Shown here: positions 24,003 through 35,050 of the stretch, piece after piece | How positions within the stretch are numbered: the stretch's first letter is position 1 | Layout: every line of letters starts with the position of its first letter | Source of the DNA: Blepharisma stoltei ATCC 30299 | Taxonomy: Eukaryota; Protista; Ciliophora | Length of the DNA: 64,000 nucleotides | Direction: 5' to 3' | Assembly: GCA_965603825.1 (NCBI GenBank) | Contig: CBFDEM010000062.1 | Location: 186,001 to 250,000 of the forward strand | Notes under the pieces: model-generated | The model's database searches: none | Seen by the model: only the letters and a program-made list of their open reading frames with translations | Told to the model about the DNA's origin: nothing | Made by a program: the position numbers and the translations under genes

Positions 24003-27000
24003 TTATATTGGAGCGATATCTCCTTTTGAAACAAATTTTACAGGCGATCCTTCTGATCCAGTAAAGCTCTGCCTCACTGGGGATTGTGGCATCTTAACTT
24101 TTATCAAATTATTATAACTCTCTTTGCTTTGCACCTTTATAGTGTTTTTTATATTTTCCTTAATTTGATTATACAAATCATAGCTAAGTGGCTTATTGGG
24201 AGTATTATATTTGTTTTGCATTTCCATATATACATTTATCCATTCTCCAAGCAGCTGGTTCAGCTTAACCACTTCTCCTTGTTTTCTTTCCAGCTCTTTT
24301 TCAAAGTTTTCTTTCATCTCGGTTAAATATGATTTTCATTTTTCTCTTTCTTCCCTCATTGAGCTAAAAACATCTTGTTCAAGCTTTGCTAGCATTGCTT
24401 GGTTGTGTTCGGCTACTAATTTGTATTGCTCATTGCTGTTTTTAAGCTGAAAATTATGCATTTCTTGCATTTGAAATCTTGTTTCAAGGTTCTTATAACG
24501 AATGAAAAAGCTTTGGCTTTCGTAGCTTTCGTGGCTTTCGTTTTCGTTATACGCAGAAGCTAAAGAAGTAAAATCGAGCCTTTTTTGTGTGAAATCATGC
24601 TTTACTGTGCATGATCTGGAATTGGATCTTTGTCTATGCCCTTGTGGCTGAGCTTGCACTGGGACTGCAGGTTTGTTTGTAAAAGTCTTGAGAAACTTTG
24701 ACTTTGGGCTTGTAGCTTCTAAAGCAGTAGGTGGTTTTAGCACTATTTCTGGCTCTTTGTTTTCATATAGTTTTACCACCTTTTTATAAGAATTTTGAAG
24801 AAATTCAATCATTGACTCTAGTGTTTTGATTTGTTCATGCTGCTTTTTACACATAAATCTTTTTATCATATATTTATGATTGGCTAAATTCATCTTCCAG
24901 TCCAAGCTATACAGAGTTCTTGACATATTTGCATTAATTATAGCTGAATGAATAACTTGATTTCTCAGTTGAAAAATCGTGATATCCTTGTTGAGCTCAG
25001 AATTATTTTCAAGAACCTGCTTTAAGCCTTTCGCATAAGGGCTTGCCTGATATAGTCCATTTGGATCAATAGGAATGCTGATTTTTGAAATCCCTAGGTC
25101 ATAAGTTTCACTTTTATCGCCTTCTACTTCATCATGTTCTGTAATAACAGGTACATCAAGCCTAGAAACCATTTCAGATCTATCGTCAAACTCCAAACAA
25201 GTCGTTTCTTTTGGATTTGAAACATTATCAACAAATTCTTTAAATCTTTTATCAAGATCCTGCAAAGAAGAAATAAGCCTTTTAGTTTGCACTGAAAGTC
25301 CTTCGTTTTCTCTTTTTAATACTGCGTTTTCTGTAGAATCTTTATTTATCATCATCAAGGTTTTGTGGTAATTTTCATAATACTCGTTAGCTCTTTGTTC
25401 AGATTGCAGCTGCTTTGTTCGAGAAGACGCTAATTTATTTTCGAGTTCTTGGTTTTTTTCAGCAAGAATTTTGTATTCGTTTTTGAAATGATGGTATTTT
25501 TTTTTGAATTTTTCCAAATCTCTTTCAAGGGTTTCTCGGACTTGTTGGAAATTTTCTTTCTGCTCACCATCGAAATCTGTTAAACGCTCTGGGATAAAAT
25601 TGAAGGAAGAGGCTAAGGAGTCAGTCTCGAAAATTGAATAGTGAGTGTTTTTCTTGTCTAAAATTGGAAAATTGTCTTCAGAAACTGCCCTTAAGTCTTC
25701 TAAATTTACTAAAAGCTTGGCTTCTTCTGAAGATTTTCTGCTGATTTTTGGCTTTGAGATAATTGTGAGAGATTTTCTGGTTCCTTGAGGAGATTGGACT
25801 CTACTGCTTTTCTGCGACTTGCAGTCAGTGCATGAAGTTTCTTTTTCTCCTCGTAAAAACTGGATTTCTATTTTTGCTGAATTTAGTTCATTTTTGAGCT
25901 GTTCAATTAATTTCAAGTAATTGTCAGGTGAGTTCTTTATATTCACTTTGACCTTGTTTTTTATTGCTTTAGCTCTTATTGCGAATCCCATTGTGTTCAA
26001 AGTTTCTTCTTGGTTTTTTGGCGATGGAGAGCAAGCAACAATAAGTGTCGTTTTATAGTTTCCTCCTAACGACTCTTGTAATAGTCTTGTTAATTTTGAG
26101 TCCCTATATGGAATATGGTCAGAATTCTGCACCAGAGCGTGAATCACGTTACCTAGTGCTGAAAGTGACAAATTTATTTTTTTGGCTTCTTCTAGCTTAT
26201 TTCCAGTCACCCCTGAGTTATTGACTTTTTCGCTACCCGCCAAATCGACCAAATTCAAAGTTCCTTTTTTTTCTGAGTCATTTGGCAATTTCTGCATAAC
26301 CTGAAGAATAAAAATCAAATGAGATCTGGAAGACGTCTTATTTAATTTTGTAGACGCAACTGTCCTCATTTCCTCTCCTAGCGTTAAGGCTTCTAGCATA
26401 TCATTTTCTGAGGTTACACAAACCTCAGTAAGCCCCTGCACATAAATTCCTCTTCTCGGACACTGTTTTATTCTCAGTGATTTTGTCTCCGCATCTAATA
26501 AATCTCTTATAGTTTCTTTATAAATTTCAAGCATTGAGCATTTCAAAGTATATTCAATTTCGCCACTATCCATTTGGACAGCTTCAAAAATTTGTGAGGC
26601 TGCTCTCGGAATAATCCCTCTAGACTCTTCAGAATATATATCATATCCCATCATTGTATAGGTTTTGCCTGATCCTGTTTGCCCATAAGCGAAAATTGTG
26701 CCATTATAGCCTGTCATGACATCTTCAATAGTTGGTTTCCCAGCTAATTCATAGACTTCTTGTTGGGTTGAGTTTGGATCGAAGATCCGGTCTAATGTAA
26801 ATGATTCGAGGTCTTTTCCTTGACCAATGCCTACCGTTTTTTCGTTTATAAAAGTGATTACTTCTAGGGAATCGGAATATGCCTATATAATCGTTACCAT
26901 TTCGTAATCAACGATTGGTCGAAATCTCCCTATAACTTTTATATTGCTTGCTCTTGGTTGTTGGATTACAGATATGCTAGTATCAGAGCCCTGACTCATT

Positions 27001-27050
27001 AATGCTGGGCTTTGAGGCCTATTAAAAGACTCTTGCCTGATGGTTGACAT
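24003..27050 (-). CDS. Kinesin heavy chain-like motor (kinesin-1 type), ~1010 aa; intron 26883-26897
   Basis: NIKVIGRFRP, GQTGSGKT, SSRSH, DLAGSE, HIPYRDSKLTRLLQESLGGN; coiled-coil tail; TGA 24336 read as Trp. Confidence 0.93.
26883..26897 (-). other. 15-nt intron GTAACGATTATATAG
   Basis: GT..AG, in-frame TAG; joins the RFRP exon to the motor domain. Confidence 0.88.
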
Positions 27051-27264
27051 TTATTATCAAATTAAAATGTAATTTTATCAGTTGAATTATTACTGTTCAA
27101 ATTGAGAATTGTCAATCAAATTAAATAATACTTTAATAATCGTAAATAATAGAATTCTGCCATTATATTTGGTATACATTGAAAAAATAGACATAAGGAA
27201 GAAAAATGAATGACATCATTCGACAAATTTCTTAAATTACCAATAATTGGATAATAATTAATTT

Positions 27265-29454
27265 ATGCAGGCTTTGGCTCTAGAGAACTCAAAGGATTAT
27301 TCCAGTTTAGCTTTAAAACAAGTGGAGATCCCTGAACCTAAAATAGGTGAAGTCTTAATAAAAATTGAGAAAGCCCCAATCTATAATTCTGATATCCTTT
27401 CAATTCACACAAAACCATCAAGAAAAAGCTCTGCCTATCTAATTCCTGGCATAGAAGGAACAGGGACTGTCATAAAAAGTGGAGGAGGTATAAAATCCTG
27501 GTTTCTGATAGGGAAAAAAATCAGTTTTTTGCAACTTGATGACACATATGCAGGATCCTGGGCAGAGTATACCGTTTGCAACTCAAAATGATGCAAACCA
27601 ATAGAAGACAATAAAAATTCCTCAAGAATTTTGATATATAGTTCTTTCTTAGCCAAAATGGCGATCGATACTGCAAGAAAGAACAATTATTCAGGGATAA
27701 TCTTAACTAATGCAGACACTATTACTGGAAAAATCCTGCTAAAACTTGCTCTTTCATGCAAAATAAAATGCATTTGTATCGTTGAAGAAAAATCACAGAA
27801 AATTGAACTTAAACAAATAGGGGCAAATAGTGTGCTTAGACCTAGCAAAAATAATTTTAACTCAAAACTCAAGAAGTTATGTGACGATGTAGGTCCTTTG
27901 TGCACTTTTAACGTAAGTGGAGGCAAACTAATTAGTTATATCGTTCCAATAATTCCATTAGAAAGCGAAATTTATATCATTGATAATGATTCTGATAGCC
28001 AGCTCTCTGGAATTAACCCATCAGATCTTATTTTTGGAGGTAAAAAAATCAAAGGCTTAGATTTGCAAAGATGGCTTAAAGGGTTGTCTATGAGACAGCG
28101 CTTAAGCCATCTAGAAGATATTTTTAACGAAAAAGAAATTTTTCAAATAAACGATTTTGACTATTTTTCTTTTTCAGACTTCAAAAATGGAATAATAAAC
28201 TGCTTACACAGTAATAGCAAGCGCCAATCTATTTTAAATATCAATCATATTATTGAAGAAAGCAAAGAGAATGAGAATTCAGAAGAGATAAAGCAGGAAA
28301 GTGCTGAAAAAGAAGAAATACCAGAAAAAGAAGAAATAAAAGAAAATGAAATTGAAGAGTCTAAAGAAGAATGCGAGATAAATAATGAAAAAGAAGAGGA
28401 AGATGAAGCAGAAAAGGAAGAACAAGCTTATTTAGAGAGCGAAATTCAAAATTCTGAATCAAGAACAGTAACAAAACTGCTTCAAAGCCTGCCTAAGTTT
28501 GAATGGGATTATCAGCTTGGTGATGGAATCGAAACAAAAGAAATGCCACTAAAGCAGCTTCCTGATTTAAGCATCTATAGAGGAGAATGGGCTAATGGCT
28601 CTCTTCATGGGAAAGGGACAAGATATTACACTGATGGGTCCATTTACATAGGATACTGGCAGAATGGCCAAAGTAATGGAAAAGGACTCTTTATTAATTC
28701 AGACGGAGAATGGTATGAAGGTATGTGGAAGGAGTCAAAATTCAATGGTTTCGGAAAACATTTATCCCAAGAAGGTCAATATTACGAAGGCATATTTGAA
28801 AATAATTTTATTCAAAGCGGAAGCGAAGTCACGTTTGATGGAAATAAATATGAAGGAAACTTTATTAATAATGAGTGAAGCGGATTTGGGTCTTTAACAA
28901 TTAGAGAAACAGAAATGAAATATGAAGGAGAGTTCGTTAAAGGAAATATTTCAGGAAAAGGGAAATTATTTTATAAGGATGGCAAAGTTTTCGAAGGAGA
29001 ATTCGAATGGTTTAATGCAACAGGTACTATGACTTATCCTGATGGAACTAAATTTGAAGGAAAAATTAATGACTGCAAGGAATGTGGGGAAGGAAAATTA
29101 ATTACAGCAGATGGGGAAGTAAAAACTGGATTATGGAAAGAAGGGCAGCTTGTTAAATGAATTGAGGATAATAAAGAAGAAACAGAGAATAAGGAAGAAC
29201 AGAAAGAAGAAAACGCCGAAGAAAGCAAGCAGGAACAAGAAGTAGAAAGCAAGCAGGAACAAGAAGTAGAAAGTACTGATAAGGAAGCAGCTCATGATCA
29301 AGAGACAGGGAGCAAAGATAATGCAGAGCAAAGCAAGCCTGAGAGCAGTGAAGACACAAGTAAAGTAAATGAAGAAGAAAGTGCTCAAACAATAGAAAAC
29401 TCTCAAGAAGCTCAAGATGCAGAAATTAAAGAAGAAAACAAATCCACTGAATAA
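27265..29454 (+). CDS. MDR/quinone-oxidoreductase-like domain fused to an acidic linker, MORN repeats and an acidic tail (729 aa)
   Basis: GEVLIKIEKAPI, IPGIEGTGTV, GSWAEY (MDR family); YRGEW..G..HGKG repeats (MORN); joined by TGA 27589, 28876 and 29158; TAA at 29452. Confidence 0.82.
29221..29268 (+). repeat. 24-bp tandem duplication (ESKQEQEV x2) in the acidic tail
   Basis: GAAAGCAAGCAGGAACAAGAAGTA occurs twice in tandem. Confidence 0.9.
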
Positions 29455-29603
29455 AAAATATTTAACCTAGAAAATTCCCAATAAAAGTTAAAAATTTAAT
29501 AAAATATTTAATAAATAAAAATTAAATTTAAATTCCCTTTTTATTATAAATTATCAAAATATAGCCCCCTTAGGAGTAATTGCTAAAGAAATTTATAAAA
29601 ATT

Positions 29604-31187
29604 ATGGTTAAGAAGCGAAAAAGCAAAAAAACTTCCAAAGACGCACCAACATTTACTGCTACCAATGTAATTGAAAGCACTGATCTTATAAATCCTTATA
29701 TTGAACGGACCAGAGATGAAATCATCCAAATATCCCGATTCAAGCAAATAAAAATAAATTTCAGCGAAGAAGACAACACACAGCTTCCCCCACGGCATAA
29801 CTATCTTTTCCATATTGATTTCAATAGAGCACAAAGCGAAACAATAGAAGATCCTCTTCCACCTGATGAAGTCGAAGAATACAGCAGATACGCTGACGAG
29901 CTCTTCCGAGACTTTGCCAGCAAAGCTCCCGACTATGACCTAAACGAAAATGTCCTAAGCCACAATCTTTCTGATGGCGTCACAATTAGAGAAATGCTTC
30001 AAGCCATTAAAACTAGCCCATATAAAGATGACTTCAGGACTTACCTTGAAAAAATCCAATTTAACTCTATTAATCAAATAAAGCTCAAAGAAAAAGAAGA
30101 AACCATAATAATTGAAGCTGTCGAAAGCTTCAAGCGAGGACTCTCAATTAAGGACGCTTATCAAGAAATGAAAGGGAGAGCTTCTTCTGAGAAATTAAAA
30201 AGCATATATAAACTATGAAAGCTCAATGGAGACAGCTACCTCAGTAAAATCAAGAAAAAAACAATGCCTGCATTGAAGCCTGAACATATGGCATTTCTTA
30301 AAGAAATTTCTGAAGACCCAAGAAATACAGTTTTATCAGGAAGGGAAAGAAAATTATTATTATGCAACCATTTTGGGACCAAAATTAAAACTGATAGTGT
30401 CAGGCAGGCTTTGAAAGAGCTTGGGTATTCATTGAAAAGAATCAGACTCCATGTGCCTGAAGCTGACAGGATTTCACATAGAAACTCCCGATGCAGAGTG
30501 GTGCAGCAGCTTGTTATGCTACAAAGGGCAGGGAAAGAAATGGTCAGTGTTGACGAAGCTCAAGTAAATAGAGGAGAAACTGCAAACTATGGCTGGGCAA
30601 AAAAAGGCCAAAGAGCTTTATATATAAGAGGACGCAAAGGAAAGCCTTTACAAATAGTAACAGCTGCAAGACCTAGTGGATTAATCGGGTACATAATCAA
30701 GCAAAACAGAATTGACCAATACTCTTATAAGCATTTCCTAAGCTTAGTATTTGAAAAACTCAAAGAAATCGACCCAGAAAACTATAAAGAAAGGTTTTTC
30801 ATATTCATGGACAATGCTTCTGCACACAAAACCAAGCTAATAAAAGACTACTGCGAAATTCATGGAATGATTGTCCTCTGCAATGCTCCGATGACCCCAC
30901 AGCTGAATCCTATTGAATTTGTATTTTCTATGTTTAAATGAAATTTAAGAAGGCTCCCAATGAGTGAGCATGATGACTTATTGACTTATGTTTATGAAGC
31001 ATTTAAGAGAATTAAGCCAAGACACATTTATAATGCTTATATTCATGCCATGAGATCTTATAAGCCTGCACTGAGATATGAAATGATGCACGATACCAGA
31101 GGATATAACAAGATCGACTGTAAGATCAAATGTGCAGGAAAACATGTGAAAACTTTGATTAATTTCATGAAACTTAACACCCTTTAA
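29604..31187 (+). mobile_element. IS630/Tc1/mariner-superfamily DD34E transposase gene (527 aa), no terminal inverted repeats evident; possibly domesticated
   Basis: Single frame via TGA 30216 and 30939; HTH-like VRQALKELGYSLKR; catalytic triad SVDEA, FMDNASAH, PQLNPIE with 34 residues between the second D and E. Confidence 0.88.
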
Positions 31188-31224
31188 TATAAATTATTAT
31201 TAAAAAAGCTATTAAAATAAATAA

Positions 31225-32847
31225 TTATTCTAAATTATTAAGCACTTTTACAGCGCTATAATAATATTCTTCGCCCTTTTTATTCCTCTGCAAAACTCCT
31301 CTGCTTTCCCAGAATGAAATTTCTTTTCTTAGCTTATGAGGGTGAATTCCAAGCTGTTTACTTAAATCTTCAGAAGATTTTTCTCTGTCATCTTCATCAA
31401 ATAAAGAAATTATGGCTGCATGCAAAGGAGTTACCCCTTCAAATTTTTTGCTTCCATTTGCGAAGTCAAGCGTTAAAGTTACACTGCCAAGCTGTTCGTG
31501 GAATTTTAATTTTCTTGAAGCTTTCATATATGTATATAATTCTGAATACTCCTCAAAAACTTTTCCTATTTTTTCTGGGAGTTCAAATTTCATATCCTGC
31601 TCTTCTAAAGGCCAGAAATAGCTTGAAATAATAAGAAAATCTAGGCTTTTTATAGGCAAAAATCCTTTTCCTTTTCCTTTTTCATGCACAAAAGCATTGA
31701 TTCTTTTCGAGCTTAAAATATCTTGGATCATGACTTCACATTTGTGGACGTTCCCTTCTCCAAACCTCTTTTTAAGCATTTCCAGGTCTTTGATTTCATT
31801 CCCTACTTCAAATTGTGTATTATTCCATAATTTTTTGCAAAGATAAGTCCTGTATTCTTCCATAAAAAGTTCTGGAGAACCATAAATGTTGATAAGCATA
31901 CTTACAATGTCGCTTTTCTTATTAAGAGCACTAATAACGTTTCTTAGCGCACTTCTTGGAATTGGCTGCCAATCAAGGGCTGATTTTTCGTCTTCATCAC
32001 TTGAAAAATCGTCTTGCTCTTTTATGCTCTTTTGCTTTATGTCTAGGAGTGCATAGAGTTCTTCATCCTCAGATATGGTTTTTATAATGCATTTAAAAGT
32101 ATCTGTTCTGCTTCTTAATTCTTGTTTTAGTGGGCCTGAAATAGATTCCAGCAAGTTTATGGTTGGGAAGAGTAAAGGCATGATTTTTGTCAAGTTAATG
32201 TAAACCAGAAGAATTCCATCAGTCGATTTGCTGCAATGTACAGCTCGTTGTATTAGCTGCTCCTTTGTTTTATTTTCAAGAATTTTACTTAAGTCACAGT
32301 ACTTTAAAGCTTCAGCTAAGTCATCTATTGCTGGTTTTGTTTCGGGGAAATCTAAAATAAGATCGAAAATCTGTTCAATTCTTATCAAGCCAATTGAATA
32401 ATAAAATTCGTGGATCGTAAAAGATTCCCAATATTGGAGATTTTCCATAGAGTCAAAATGACTTCTAACCCAAGGCAAAAAATAGCAATTTAGTCAGTCT
32501 AAAGAAGGGTATAAGCAGCTTTCATTTATTTTGGCAATGCTTTTGACTTTTGTGTAGACTGTTTTTTTGATGCATTCTAAAAAGCATTCGTCAGCTATTA
32601 GGTTTCAACCATGGATTCTAAGTTTTTCTAAAACCGCTGTACGGATTAAAAGTGTGCTCTCATGCTCCAGTGCCAAATTGGTCATTGATTTTAATGATGC
32701 TTCATTTTCAATATTTCCTATACTTTTCAGCTGAGAAAGCCCTGACTGCAATACTCAATTGTTTATTTCTTGAAGATTCAATATATTTTTGCCTACTAAA
32801 TCGACTTCAAAAAGAGAGCTTGCTTGCTGGATTCAGTTTGAGTCCAT
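31225..32847 (-). CDS. ANAPC2: Anaphase-promoting complex subunit 2 (cullin-like), 540 aa
   Basis: DWQPIP, DIVSMLINIYGSPELFMEEYRTYL, LKKRFGE...CEVMIQDI, ISSYFWP; N-terminal extension open through 4 TGA. Confidence 0.9.
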
Positions 32848-33327
32848 GTTATTTTAAATTTTGCGGGTAATTTGCATTATTGTTTTAATTTACACAAGAC
32901 GAGTGCTTTAGATAAGAAATGAACAATAGGCAATAAATAATAAAGGAAACAGGGAGCAGCATTTTGTAAATTTTTGATATAGATATTATACTGTATTAAG
33001 TGTCTTGAATAAGACATTATGCTTATTTCTTAATTATAAAATATAACATTTATTCGAATATATATAATGTAATTAGCAATAGCATTCATTAAGCTTTTTA
33101 AAAGCAAGTCAATCAAATGTATAGTCTTAATTGTAGTAACTGGACTACTATGTGGCACCTAAAGCTAAGCACAAATTTAAGAATCAGTTTCATCTATAAA
33201 AAAGAGCTTGATAAATAACATTATAAATTAATTTTTATGAATAAATCACTCTTTCAATGATTCAATACTTCATTCTTTTTGACTAAGCTAAATGAATATT
33301 CTTTAAATGATTTTATATGATAAAAAT

Positions 33328-34062
33328 TTAAGCTTTTACTGATTTTTTTGAAAATAAGCTGTCCACCAATTTCACCATAGGGATTTTCCCTGTTTTCTTT
33401 ATTACAAGAGATTGCCTCGGTCTTCTCGTTAGTTTCTTAAGTTGAAGCTTCAACTCTTCAATATCTGAATTTTCTTTATCATAGCTTTTGCTTTCCAATG
33501 AATGATTGCGATTTGAGTTTTTAGGAGTAATTTGTTTAACAACAAACCTATTTATAGGTGTTTTAGAAGTTGGCGGATCAAGACTAACTGTATTTAAATT
33601 CAAAAGGTGCTTTAACTGCACATTCTGTGAAGCAGATTTTGAGTGTGGAGATTCTGTTTCTAAATGTTCTGCTATAGGTAAGATTGGCTTTGAAGTTACA
33701 GAATGAGGCCTGAGCTGAGGCTTATTTTCGATTCTTATATTTTTTGAAGATTTTGCACTTAATGGATGCGGAGGAGGGAGCCTTGAAGTCCTGCTGGAAT
33801 TATCAGGTTTTACAACAGGGGCCTTAGGCTTTGGGACAATAGTTTCATTCTTCTTTGTTGCCGTTAATTCTAGCAAAGGTTCTGGATCATGATCTCAGCT
33901 CATTATTTCTGAGCCTGATAATGAAGACGCTTTGTAATGTTGCATGTCGTCACTTAAATTGAGTAACGTTCTTATCGCTCGCTTTTCTATTGCGGTATTA
34001 GGAGTATCTTCAGGGTGCTTTGGCTTGACTTTTTTCTTAGATTTTGATTTCGATTTTTTCAT
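33328..34062 (-). CDS. Hypothetical basic, Pro/Ser-rich protein (244 aa)
   Basis: ATG 34062, one TGA, TAA 33328; low complexity. Confidence 0.65.
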
Positions 34063-34231
34063 TTATTGCCCATTTTGAATACCGACTATTCCTATCTTCG
34101 ATATATTATAAACCTTCGATTATTTATTATTAAAGACTTTGCAATCTTATATGATGCCATGCCAATCTTGCGATATTAATCTTTATAAATTTGATAATTT
34201 GATATAAATCACTTTCATAAATAAAATACAA

Positions 34232-34997
34232 ATGAAGAAATCTGGAAAGATGGGACGACTAGAATTGCTAGGCTGGATCAACGAACTTATGGAAACTGAC
34301 TATCCTAGAATTGAAGCTTTAAGTGATGGCATTGCTTATGCTCAAGTATTAGATTTATTGTATCCAAAAATTGTTCCTTTATCTAAGCTCACCTGTAAGA
34401 AATAATTTAGTTAACCCTAGGTCAGAAGAAGACAATGCTAAGAACTTGAGGATTGTTGACGACGTTTTGCATAGAATCAAAGCCAAAAAAACAATAGACC
34501 CATTAAAGCTTTCAAGAAGCAAATTTCCAGACAACATGGAATTTGCACAATGGCTCTTTCAGCATTTTTTACAAATGAAGGATACAGTAAAAGGGCGGTA
34601 CCCTGCATATGCCAAAAGACTTGAAGCATATAAAAAGCAGAGAAAAATTCCACCTGAAAGGACGAATTTTGATCTTCAAATGAGCTCACATTTAATTCCT
34701 AATGAACCTCTAGTTGACAGCTCAGATGCATCTCCAGCATCGCCTGACTTAAATCAGCAAAGATTAAATCAATTGAGAGATTTAGTTTTGTCATTAGAAC
34801 AAGAATTAACAAACCAAGTGAGCAACTATAAGCTTCTCCAAGAAGATATAGCGCAAGTAGAAGAAGAAAGGAACTTTTACTTTAATAAGCTTCGACAAAT
34901 AGAGCTTTTATGCCAAAATGACACTAGTGAAACATCAAGAGAACTCATAGATATCATTTCAGCAGTTCCTGAAGAATTTCTAAAAGCTCAAGGCTAA
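34232..34997 (+). CDS. EB1: EB1/RP family microtubule end-binding protein (249 aa); 16-nt intron 34395-34410
   Basis: GRLELLGWIN...IEALSDGIAYAQVLDLLYP (CH domain), DNMEFAQW, EEERNFYFNKLRQIELLCQ. Confidence 0.92.
34395..34410 (+). other. 16-nt intron GTAAGAAATAATTTAG
   Basis: GT..AG; removing 16 nt is exactly what joins the two EB1 reading frames. Confidence 0.9.
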
Positions 34998-35050
34998 TAT
35001 TTATATATAGTTATATTTAAATTTAATATTTTAAAATTCTTTATATTATA

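Noticed and set aside
29221-29268. Tandem 24-bp repeat as a CRISPR-like array
   Set aside because: Two adjacent in-frame copies without spacers inside a low-complexity coding tail
29545-31197. 10-bp direct repeat TATAAATTAT flanking the transposase (29545-29554, 31188-31197) as a target-site duplication
   Set aside because: A pure A/T word expected by chance in these spacers; Tc1-type elements duplicate TA, not 10 bp
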